Shown here: in pieces, positions 7,976 through 15,386 of the stretch | Layout: every line of letters starts with the position of its first letter | How positions within the stretch are numbered: the first letter of the stretch is position 1 | Assembly: GCA_018268575.1 (NCBI GenBank) | Contig: JAFDWF010000208.1 | Location: 1,540-65,539 of the forward strand | Direction of reading: 5' to 3' | Origin: Actinomycetota bacterium | GTDB taxonomy: Bacteria > Actinomycetota > Thermoleophilia > Solirubrobacterales > 70-9 | DNA length: 64,000 nt | Translations under genes and position numbers: made by a program | Notes under the pieces: model-generated | What the model was told of the DNA's origin: nothing | The model's database searches: none | The model's input: the letters and a program-made list of their open reading frames with translations, nothing else

Positions 7976-10511
7976 GCTGCCCGAGGCGGCCCGCTGCGTG
8001 ATAATCGGCGGCGGCGTCGGCGGCACCTCTCTCGCCTACCACCTGGCCGAGCTGGGTTGGGAGGACGTCGTGTTGGTCGAGCGCAACCAGCTCACCTCCG
8101 GCTCGACCTTCCACTCAGCGGGGCTGGTCGGGCAGCTGCGCGGCTCGGTCTCGCTGACCAAGATGATGATGCACTCGGTCGAGCTCTACCGGCGGATCGG
8201 GAAGGAGTCGGAGTTCGACCCGGGCTGGGTCGAATGCGGCGGCATCCGGCTCGCCGCGACCGAGGAGCGGATGGAGGAGCTGCGCCGGCAGGCGGGCTGG
8301 GCAAAGACGTTCGGGCTGCCGCTGGAGCTGATCTCGGCGGCGGAGGCGCAGGAGCTCTTCCCGCTGATGTCGACCGAGGGCGTGCTCGGCGCCGCCTGGC
8401 TGCCGACCGACGGCTACATCGACCCCTCGCAGCTGACCTACGCGCTCGCCGACGGGGCGCGGCGGGGCGGCTGCCGGATCTTCACCGACACCCGGGTGAC
8501 CGGGATCGAGGTGCGCCGGGGGCGCGTGCGCGGGGTGCGGACCAAGCGCGGCGAGATCGCGGCGGAGGTCGTGGTCGACGCGGGCGGCATGTTCGCCGCC
8601 GAGATCGGCCGCATGGCCGGCGTCCGCGTGCCGCTCCTGCCGATGTCCCACCAGTACCTGGTGACCCAGCCGCTGGACGCGGTGCGCGAGGCGCGAGCGG
8701 CGGCGGGCGGCCGAGCGCGTTCGCAGTTGCCCACAACTGTTGTGGGCAACTGCGAACGCACAGAGGGGGACGGCCGCGGGCATCTGCCGACGCTGCGCGA
8801 TCCCGACCTGCTCGTCTACTACCGCGAGGACGGCGACGGGCTGGTGATGGGCGGCTACGAGCGCCAGAGCGAACCGGCCTTCCTCCCCCGCGGCAGCGGC
8901 GATTTCGAGGCGATCCCGCCCGACTTCAACGGCCGCCTGCTGGAAGAGGAGTGGGACCGCTTCGAGGAGATCACCCGCAACTCCGAGCGCCGCGTCCCGG
9001 CGATGGCCGAGATCAAGGTGACCAAATTGATCAACGGCCCCGAGGCCTTCACCCCCGACAACGAGTTCTGCCTCGGCGAGTCGGAGGTGGCGGGCTTCTT
9101 CGTCTGCGCCGGCTTCTGCGCCCACGGCCTCGCGGGCGCGGGCGGGATCGGCAAAGTCCTCGCCGAGTGGGTCGTCGACGGCGAACCGAGCCTCGACCTC
9201 TGGCACATGGACATCCGCCGCTTCGGCCCCGCCTACCGCTCCCCCTCCTACACCCACAAGCGGATCCGCGAGACCTACGAGACCTACTACGACATCCGCT
9301 ATCCCAACCACGAGCGCGAGGCCAGCCGGCCGCTGCGCGTCTCCCCCGCCAACGCCTGGCATCGCGAACACGATGCCGCCTTCGGCGAGAAATCGGGCTG
9401 GGAGCGGGTCAACTGGTACGAGCCGAACGCCGCCGCCGGCGAGGAGGCGCTGCGCCCGCGCGGCTGGGCGGGGCAGAACTGGTCGCCCGCGATCGGCGCC
9501 GAGCACCGCGGCTGCCGCGAGCGGGTGGCGATCTTCGACGAGTCCTCCTTCGCCAAGCTGGAGATCGAGGGACCGGGCGCGGCCTCCTTCCTCGAAGTGC
9601 TCTGCGACAACCGCGTCGCCCGCGGGGTCGGCCAGATCACCTACACCCAGATGCTGAACCATCGCGGCGGGATCGAGTGCGACTTCACGGTCTCCCGCCT
9701 CGGCGAGGAGCGCTTCGGGATCGTCACCGGGACCGCCTTCGGCAACCACGACCGCGAATGGATGCGCCGTCACCTGCCCGACGGCGGCGAGGTGCGGATC
9801 CACGACGTCACCTCGCAGTGGGCCTGCTTCGGAGTCTGGGGACCGCGGGCGCGGGACGTGCTCCAGCCACTCACCCCGGCGGACCTCGGCAACGAGGCCT
9901 TCCCCTACATGACCGTGCAGGAGATCACCGTCGGCGACGTGCCGGTGCGGGCGCTGCGGGTCACCTACGTCGGCGAGCTCGGCTGGGAGCTCTACTGCCC
10001 GACCGAGTACGGGCTCGGGCTGTGGCGGGCGATCTGGGCGGCGGGCCAGGAGCACGGCATCCTCGCCGGCGGCTACCGGGCGATCGACTCGATGCGGCTG
10101 GAGAAGGGCTACCGGGTCTGGGGTGCGGACATCACCCCCGACGAGACCCCCTACGAAGGCGGCGTCGGCTTCTGCGTGAAGCTCGACAAGGGCGAATTCG
10201 TCGGCAGCGAGGCGCTCGGCGCGGCGGTGGAGGACGGCCCGCGCCACAAGCTCGTCTGCGTCACGCTCGCAGATCCGCGCCGGGTCGCACTCGGCAACGA
10301 GCCGGTGCGGTCGGGCGGCGACGTGGTCGGGCGGGTGACGACGGGGGGCTACGGCTACACGGTCGAGCGCTCGATCGCCTACGCCTACCTGCCGCCGGCG
10401 CTCGCCGTGCCGGGGACCGCGGTGGCGATCGAGATCTTCGGCAGCTGGGTCGAGGGCGAGATCGCCGCCGAGCCGCTCTTCGATCAGGCGGGCGAGCGGA
10501 TCAGGTCCTGA
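7962..10511 (+). CDS. FAD-dependent oxidoreductase fused to GcvT-type aminomethyltransferase domain (dimethylglycine/sarcosine dehydrogenase family)
   Basis: Trimmed to GTG 7962 (GGAGGA 6 nt upstream), which overlaps the end of the kinase gene. The N-terminal Rossmann motif is 'VIIGGGVGGTSLAYHLA' and 'HQYLVT' is present. The C-terminal half is folate-binding GcvT-like ('GYRAIDSMRLEKGY', 'GGYGYTV'). Confidence 0.85.
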   Translation: MPRAELPEAARCVIIGGGVGGTSLAYHLAELGWEDVVLVERNQLTSGSTFHSAGLVGQLRGSVSLTKMMMHSVELYRRIGKESEFDPGWVECGGIRLAATEERMEELRRQAGWAKTFGLPLELISAAEAQELFPLMSTEGVLGAAWLPTDGYIDPSQLTYALADGARRGGCRIFTDTRVTGIEVRRGRVRGVRTKRGEIAAEVVVDAGGMFAAEIGRMAGVRVPLLPMSHQYLVTQPLDAVREARAAAGGRARSQLPTTVVGNCERTEGDGRGHLPTLRDPDLLVYYREDGDGLVMGGYERQSEPAFLPRGSGDFEAIPPDFNGRLLEEEWDRFEEITRNSERRVPAMAEIKVTKLINGPEAFTPDNEFCLGESEVAGFFVCAGFCAHGLAGAGGIGKVLAEWVVDGEPSLDLWHMDIRRFGPAYRSPSYTHKRIRETYETYYDIRYPNHEREASRPLRVSPANAWHREHDAAFGEKSGWERVNWYEPNAAAGEEALRPRGWAGQNWSPAIGAEHRGCRERVAIFDESSFAKLEIEGPGAASFLEVLCDNRVARGVGQITYTQMLNHRGGIECDFTVSRLGEERFGIVTGTAFGNHDREWMRRHLPDGGEVRIHDVTSQWACFGVWGPRARDVLQPLTPADLGNEAFPYMTVQEITVGDVPVRALRVTYVGELGWELYCPTEYGLGLWRAIWAAGQEHGILAGGYRAIDSMRLEKGYRVWGADITPDETPYEGGVGFCVKLDKGEFVGSEALGAAVEDGPRHKLVCVTLADPRRVALGNEPVRSGGDVVGRVTTGGYGYTVERSIAYAYLPPALAVPGTAVAIEIFGSWVEGEIAAEPLFDQAGERIRS
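8717..8759. repeat. 43-nt perfect palindrome inside the dehydrogenase CDS
   Basis: The sequence is gcgttcgcagttgcccacaac-t-gttgtgggcaactgcgaacgc, with 21-nt arms that are exact reverse complements. Both strands translate to SQLPTTVVGNCER (compare antisense ORF 8438..8761). Confidence 0.95.
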
Positions 10512-11227
10512 GTCAGCGCCGGGAGGAGGCCGGCGAGGATATGCTCGGTGCCCTCGGTGTGCTCGCGGATCAGACGGACCGCGCGCGGTCCGTCTTCGCG
10601 GCGCAGCGCCTTGACGATCTTCGCGTGCTGGTCGTTGGCGCGGGCGAGCACCTCGGGCGGGTGGGCGATCAGCGCGATCAGGTCGGTCATCTGACCCTGC
10701 ACGTCGGTCATCGCCGCGACCAGGCGCGGCGAGCCGGCCGCCTCGGCGAGGCCGATGTGGAAGCGCAGGTCGGTGCGGCGGTACTCCTCGAAGTCCTCGG
10801 TCTGCGCGGCCATCGCCTCGATCAGCTCGTCGAGCCGATCGAGGCGCGGCGCCCGCGCCCGCTCGGCGGCGAGCAGGACCGACCCCGCCTCGATCGCCAC
10901 GCGTTGGTCGAGCACCTCCCAGGCACCAGCGTCGAGGGGCTCGCCCGTCGGGTCGACCAGCGGCGGTGCGTCGGCGACGAAGGTGCCCCCGGCGCGGCCG
11001 CGGAGGGAGACCAGGTGGCCGCTCTGGACCAGGGTGGTGAGCGCCTGGCGCAGGGTCGAGCGCGAGATCCGCAGCTGCTTGGCCAGCTCGCGCTCCGGCG
11101 GCAGGCGGCTGCCCGGGCCGAGGAGGCCGAGGCGGATCGCGGTACCGAGGCGCTCGACCGTCTCCTCGAAGGTGCTGGGCGGCTGGACCGGCATGAAGAC
11201 CGCCTCGAGGGCGGCGTCCTGCTCCAT
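10484..11227 (-). CDS. GntR-family transcriptional regulator (FadR/FCD subfamily)
   Basis: The N-terminal winged HTH is 'LPPERELAKQLRISRSTLRQALTTLVQSGHLVSLRGRAGGTFV', followed by a helical FCD-like C-terminal domain. It overlaps the dehydrogenase 3' end convergently by 28 nt. Confidence 0.85.
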   Translation of the reverse strand: MEQDAALEAVFMPVQPPSTFEETVERLGTAIRLGLLGPGSRLPPERELAKQLRISRSTLRQALTTLVQSGHLVSLRGRAGGTFVADAPPLVDPTGEPLDAGAWEVLDQRVAIEAGSVLLAAERARAPRLDRLDELIEAMAAQTEDFEEYRRTDLRFHIGLAEAAGSPRLVAAMTDVQGQMTDLIALIAHPPEVLARANDQHAKIVKALRREDGPRAVRLIREHTEGTEHILAGLLPALTQDLIRSPA

Positions 11228-11252
11228 ACCGTGAACGCTACTCCCGCCGGCA

Positions 11253-11302
11253 TGTTGATGGGCCTAAAACGCGGGGCAGCTTGAGTTCTCGGCCCATCAA
11301 CA
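11253..11302 (-). terminator. 12-bp inverted repeat (tgttgatgggcc-N26-ggcccatcaaca) just downstream of the MFS gene
   Basis: Read from the sequence. It lies 35 nt after the MFS stop and upstream of the GntR start. It could be a terminator or an operator. There is no U-tract. Confidence 0.3.
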
Positions 11303-11336
11303 CCGGGCCGCGAGCAGGTCGTGGCGCGTCAGGCGG

Positions 11337-12875
11337 CTACTCGAGGACGACGTGGGCGCCGTCGGGGCCGCCCGCCTCTTCGGCCGTCTCCCACTTGCCC
11401 AGCGCCATGAACAGCGCCGGGATGAAGGCGAGGCCGAGCAGGACCAGGGCCCAGACGAAGGTCGAGGCGAAGGCTTCGGCCAGCGGGCCTTTGGCCGCCA
11501 GCTGCTGGGCCGGGCTCAATTCCCGGATCGCTCCGATGCCGCCGCCGTGGGCCGCCGATCCGAAGGTCGCGGTGATCTCGGCGGTGAGGATGACCGAGAG
11601 GATCGCAGTGCCGATCGAGGCGCCGCCCTGGCGGATGATGTTCATCGCGGTCGAGGTGCGGGCAATCGCCGCGGCCGGCACCGCCTGCATCGCCGCGGTC
11701 ATCGTCGGCATCATCGAGAAGCCCATGCCGAGGCCGAGGATGAAGCCGAACGAGCAGAGCAGCCAGTAGGAGGTGGTCGCGGTGACAAAGGCAAACGGCG
11801 CGAGCCCGATCACCAGCAGCGGGATGCCGCAGGCGGGCCAGGGGTTCGGGCCGTACTTGTCGGTCAGCTTGCCCGCCAGCGGCATCGTGATCATCGCGCC
11901 GATCCCCTGGGGGGCGAGCAGCAGGCCGGCTTCCAGCGCCGAGGCGCCGCGGACCGTCTGGTAGTAGAGCGGGATCAGCAGCAGCGCGCCGAAGAAGGCG
12001 ATCGCGAACAGGGTGAAGACGCCGGCCGAGGCGCCCGCGCGGGTGTGGGTGAAGGTGCGGATGTCGATCAGCGCGCCGTCGCCCTTGCGCCAGCTGTGCC
12101 AGAAGAAGCCGATGATCAGGACCGCGCCGACGAGGATCGGGGCCCAGGACTTGAACTGGCCGAAGCCGCCGTTGGAGGACTCGGCGAGGCCGAAGATTGC
12201 CAGGGTGAGGCCGGGCGAGAGCAGCGCCATCCCGAGCCAGTCGAGCCGATGAGCCTTGTCGGAGACGTCGGGCTCGAGCTTGATCCAGGCGGTGATGATC
12301 GCGACGACGCCGATCGGGATGTTGATCAGGAAGATCCAGCGCCAGGAGGCGTTGTCGACCAGCCAGCCGCCTAGGATCGGGCCGAGGATCGGCGCGATCA
12401 GCATCGGCACGCCAAGGATCCCCATCACGCGGCCCATCCGGTGGGGGCCGGCCTTCTTGGTCATGATCGTCATCACCGCGGGCATGATCATGCCGCCGCC
12501 GATGCCTTGGAGGACGCGGAAGGCGATCAGCGCGTCGGCGCTCCAGGCCACCGCGCAGAGCGCCGAGCCGAGCATGAAGAGGGCGAGCGAGATGAGGTAG
12601 ATGCGCTTGTCGCCGAAGCGATCGGAGGCCCAGCCGGTCGCCGGGATCACCGCGGCGAGGGCCAGCGTGTAGCCGGTGACCACCCACTGGATCGTCGTCA
12701 GCGAGGCGTGGAAGTCGATCGAGAGGCGGTCGATCGCGACGTTGACGATCGTCGTGTCGAGGATCGACATGATCGCGCCGAGAAGGACGACGCCGGCGAT
12801 CACCATCGTCTCGCGGTCGAGGGCGTTGGGGTCGGCGGGCGCTGCAGCTGCTTCGGCCTGACTCACGCCGTACAC
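11337..12875 (-). CDS. MFS transporter, DHA2 (EmrB/QacA, 14-TM) drug:H+ antiporter family
   Basis: 512 aa. The N-terminal block 'LDTTIVNVAIDRLSIDFHASLTTIQWVVTGYTLALAAVIPATGWASDRFG' is typical of DHA2. It has many TM segments and a GTG start. Confidence 0.9.
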   Translation of the reverse strand: MYGVSQAEAAAAPADPNALDRETMVIAGVVLLGAIMSILDTTIVNVAIDRLSIDFHASLTTIQWVVTGYTLALAAVIPATGWASDRFGDKRIYLISLALFMLGSALCAVAWSADALIAFRVLQGIGGGMIMPAVMTIMTKKAGPHRMGRVMGILGVPMLIAPILGPILGGWLVDNASWRWIFLINIPIGVVAIITAWIKLEPDVSDKAHRLDWLGMALLSPGLTLAIFGLAESSNGGFGQFKSWAPILVGAVLIIGFFWHSWRKGDGALIDIRTFTHTRAGASAGVFTLFAIAFFGALLLIPLYYQTVRGASALEAGLLLAPQGIGAMITMPLAGKLTDKYGPNPWPACGIPLLVIGLAPFAFVTATTSYWLLCSFGFILGLGMGFSMMPTMTAAMQAVPAAAIARTSTAMNIIRQGGASIGTAILSVILTAEITATFGSAAHGGGIGAIRELSPAQQLAAKGPLAEAFASTFVWALVLLGLAFIPALFMALGKWETAEEAGGPDGAHVVLE

Positions 12876-12901
12876 CGTATCAGAACTTCGTACGCCGTAT
12901 C
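12870..12901. promoter_or_regulatory. Direct repeat gtacaccgtatc / gtacgccgtatc (11/12 identical, 20-bp spacing) in the 45-bp MFS/TetR divergent region
   Basis: Read from the sequence. The second copy contains the cgtacg palindrome, and the first copy overlaps the MFS start codon region. It is a candidate TetR operator. Confidence 0.3.
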
Positions 12902-12920
12902 GAGCCGATATGCTTTTCCC

Positions 12921-13661
12921 ATGGCAACTGGGATCGACACCGTTTGGACGCGCGACGACAAGGAGGCGGCGGGGCCGCAGCCGCTCTCGCGCGAGTCGAT
13001 CGTGGCGGCGGCGATCGAGATCGCCGACAGCGAGGGTCTCGAAGCTGTCTCCATCAGGAGACTTGCTACCAGGCTCGGCGCCCGCCCGATGAGCCTTTAC
13101 TCACACATCGAGCGCAAGGGCGATCTGATCGACCTGATGGTCGACGAGGTGATGGGCGGCTCGGTCGTCTCCGGGCCGTTGCCCTCCGGCGACTGGCGCG
13201 ACGACCTCCGCCGGATCGCCCAGCGCACCCGCGAGAACATCCGCTCCCATCCCTGGATGATCGCCGTCGCCTTCCGCCGCCCCTTCATCGGCCCCAACGC
13301 GCTTCGCCACATCGACCAGAGCCTCGCCGCGGTCTCCGGACTCCCCCTGCCGCCGGAGCGCAAACGCGCCGTCCTCCTCGCCGTCGACACCTACACCCTC
13401 GGCTTCGTGCGCTGGGAACTGAAGGCGATGGAGTCCGACGCCGACGATTCGGGCGAGTGCGGCGCCGGTCACGACGGCGGCCCGAGCGGCGCCGAGATCG
13501 ACGCCTACATCGCCGCCCAGGCGGCCAGCGGCGACTACCCCCACCTGCACGAACTCGGCGGCAAGAAGAACATGAGCCTCGGGGTCAAGGCCGAGGCCTT
13601 CGAAGCCGGCCTCAACTGGCTCCTCGCCGGCATCCAGGCCGAGGTCGGCGAGCAGGGCTAG
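12921..13661 (+). CDS. TetR/AcrR-family transcriptional regulator
   Basis: Track ORF 12441..13661 was trimmed to ATG 12921. The N-terminal HTH is 'IVAAAIEIADSEGLEAVSIRRLATRLGARPMSLYSHIERKGDL'. The gene is divergent from the MFS gene. Confidence 0.85.
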   Translation: MATGIDTVWTRDDKEAAGPQPLSRESIVAAAIEIADSEGLEAVSIRRLATRLGARPMSLYSHIERKGDLIDLMVDEVMGGSVVSGPLPSGDWRDDLRRIAQRTRENIRSHPWMIAVAFRRPFIGPNALRHIDQSLAAVSGLPLPPERKRAVLLAVDTYTLGFVRWELKAMESDADDSGECGAGHDGGPSGAEIDAYIAAQAASGDYPHLHELGGKKNMSLGVKAEAFEAGLNWLLAGIQAEVGEQG

Positions 13662-14246
13662 TCAGGCGGACCGCGGGCCCATGCGGCCCGCGCCGGGCGG
13701 CCGCCCTTCCCATTCGTCGAAGCGGTCGATCAGCTTGAGCACCGCTTCAGTCAGCGCGTTGATCGCGTCGGTCCCTTCGTGAACCTCGCGGCGAAGAGCG
13801 CGGAGTTCCTCGATAGCGATCTTGATCGCGGCCATGGTTTCGCTGTGGTTCTTGTCCAGTCGGTCCAGCAGCTCGGCATGACGTTCCTCCGATCGAACTA
13901 TGAATTCGTCCCATCGTGCGTCTGACTTCCGCATCGTCTCGGCGAATTCGGCTTCTTTGCGAGTGCAGTACTCGCGCCACTCGGCATCGGCCGCGGCGCG
14001 TTCCTCGTTCCGACCCTCTTCGGCTGCGACACGCTCTTCGCGCCGGGCCGCCTCTGCCATCGCTCGTTCTTCGCTCTGCCTTTCTTCCACCGCGGCGCGT
14101 TCTTCCCGCCATTTCGTATCGGCCTTCGCTCGCTCTTCGCTGCGCTCTTCTTCGACCGCGGCGCGTTCGTCACGCCATTTCGTATCGCGACGGTTCATCT
14201 CCTCCAGGAGGAGCTCCCACTTGCTTTTCCACAGGCCGAGCGGCAT
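13662..14246 (-). CDS. Hypothetical charged coiled-coil protein with three 22-aa tandem repeats
   Basis: 194 aa. The repeats are DTKWRDERAAVEEERSEERAKA, DTKWREERAAVEERQSEERAMA and EAARREERVAAEEGRNEERAAA. Local GC is lower. I recognise no family. Confidence 0.6.
   Translation of the reverse strand: MPLGLWKSKWELLLEEMNRRDTKWRDERAAVEEERSEERAKADTKWREERAAVEERQSEERAMAEAARREERVAAEEGRNEERAAADAEWREYCTRKEAEFAETMRKSDARWDEFIVRSEERHAELLDRLDKNHSETMAAIKIAIEELRALRREVHEGTDAINALTEAVLKLIDRFDEWEGRPPGAGRMGPRSA
13989..14186 (-). repeat. 3 x 66-nt coding tandem repeat
   Basis: This is the nucleotide counterpart of the 22-aa repeats. The first two units are near-identical (for example ccgcggcgcgttc..c.cgccatttcgtatc). 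Confidence 0.7.
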
Positions 14247-14357
14247 GGGACCGAGTGTGGCGGTACAAAACGCGCGAGTGGTGCGGAGAAAGTAAGAATT
14301 CGGCGCCGTCTGTGTGACGGAAGTGCGCCGGAGGGGCGGGCGCAGCGCGGCTGGGCG

Positions 14358-14918
14358 TCAGACGGCGAGCGCGCCGACCACCAGGAGGACGGCGCCGACG
14401 GCGGTGCCTGCGCTCAGCAGCCAGCGGCGGTGGGCGATGATCGAGACCGTCGCCAGGACGATGCCGACCTCAAGCGCGACCTCGGCCAGCTCGTCGAGGA
14501 GGTGCTTTTCGTTGTAGTGGTCGACGTGCTGTTCGTCGTGGTGCATCTCCTCGGTCAAGGCGCGGTCGGCGGGGACGAGCTCGTGGTCGATCCGCTGCTC
14601 GTGGGCGGACGCCGCCTTTGCCGCTTCGGCCTGATCGCGAGGGCCGTCGGCGAGGACGCGGAGCATCGTCGAGGCGCCGCCGGCGACGTCGATCTTCAGC
14701 TGGTTCGACTCCAGCTTCGAGGAAGTATCGGCGCGCTGGGTCTCGCCGGTGATCACTTCCTTCACCGCCTCGTTGGAGAGGAAGGTGGCGAGCGCGAGGA
14801 GCGCCGCCATCACCGCCACGATCAGCGCCGCCTGGCGCGCGAACTGGGGCGTGTCGAGCGCGCCGTCGGGCTCGCGGGAGCCGTGATCGAAGCGCTCTAC
14901 GGAGCGGTGCGCGGGCAT
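14358..14918 (-). CDS. DUF4337-like membrane protein
   Basis: 186 aa. It has one TM segment ('AALIVAVMAALLALATFL'), a helical central region and a C-terminal TM pair ('VALEVGIVLATVSIIAHRRWLL..AVGAVLLVVGALAV'). The architecture matches DUF4337 as I remember it. Confidence 0.55.
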   Translation of the reverse strand: MPAHRSVERFDHGSREPDGALDTPQFARQAALIVAVMAALLALATFLSNEAVKEVITGETQRADTSSKLESNQLKIDVAGGASTMLRVLADGPRDQAEAAKAASAHEQRIDHELVPADRALTEEMHHDEQHVDHYNEKHLLDELAEVALEVGIVLATVSIIAHRRWLLSAGTAVGAVLLVVGALAV

Positions 14919-14975
14919 CGAACGGGCAATCTACGCGGCGGCCGCGACGCCTTGCGGGGCGCTGAGGACCTGTCC

Positions 14976-15386
14976 TCAATCGGCCGCCGCCCAGCCGCTC
15001 CATCGCCTCACCTCGACGGCGAGCACCTCGCCCGCGCCGTGCTGGGCCGGATAGCGCTCACGCAGCAGCGCCGCCGACCGCGACGCCTCCGGCTCCCCTG
15101 CCGCCAGCACCCGCCCCTCGCCCTCGGCCCGCACCCACCAGAGCCGCGCCCAGTCGTCCTCATCCCAGTGGTCGACCAAGAGGGCGACGGCCGGGTTCTC
15201 GCGCACGTTGGCGAGGCGGCGGAGCGCCCGCGTGCGCTTGGGTTTCGCGTCGACCGTGCTGTAGACGGTGTCGCCGGCGACGACGAAGGCGATCGGCACC
15301 AGGTGGGGACGGCCCGACGCGTCGGCGGTGGCGAGGCGGGCGACGCGGGCCGCGGCGAACCGCTCGCGAGCCTCCTCCGGCGTCAC
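14976..15386 (-). CDS. PPOX-class F420-dependent oxidoreductase (TIGR03668-like)
   Basis: Trimmed to GTG 15386, which overlaps the upstream stop (GTGA). Blocks are 'RLATADASGRPHLVPIAFVVAGDTVYSTVDAKPK' and 'LLVDHWDEDDWARLWWVRAEG'. Confidence 0.75.
   Translation of the reverse strand: MTPEEARERFAAARVARLATADASGRPHLVPIAFVVAGDTVYSTVDAKPKRTRALRRLANVRENPAVALLVDHWDEDDWARLWWVRAEGEGRVLAAGEPEASRSAALLRERYPAQHGAGEVLAVEVRRWSGWAAAD

Noticed and set aside
8057-11284. Very long ORFs (1075 aa on plus; 710 aa at 8115-10247 on minus) overlapping the dehydrogenase and GntR genes. Similar cases are 28775-32140 and 29272-32214 over the MMPL gene, 5168-7006 over the permease, 1953-3761 over the ALDH gene, and 42984-44636 over the FGE-like gene.
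   Set aside because: Their translations are Arg/Gly/Pro/Asp/Ala low-complexity strings with no recognisable motifs. They lie in alternative frames or antisense to genes with clear family signatures. This is the expected stop-codon-poor artefact of DNA at about 70% GC.
13989-14186. Tandem 66-nt repeats as a possible CRISPR or VNTR locus.
   Set aside because: There are only three units, they are contiguous without spacers, and they are in frame within a coding sequence, so they are protein repeats. Nothing CRISPR-like (regular repeat-spacer periodicity) was seen anywhere in the window.
14290-14330. Small hairpin (ccgtc-acaca-gacgg on the minus strand) followed by a T-rich stretch downstream of the DUF4337-like gene.
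   Set aside because: The stem is only 5 bp and there are competing pairings, so it is too weak to call a terminator.
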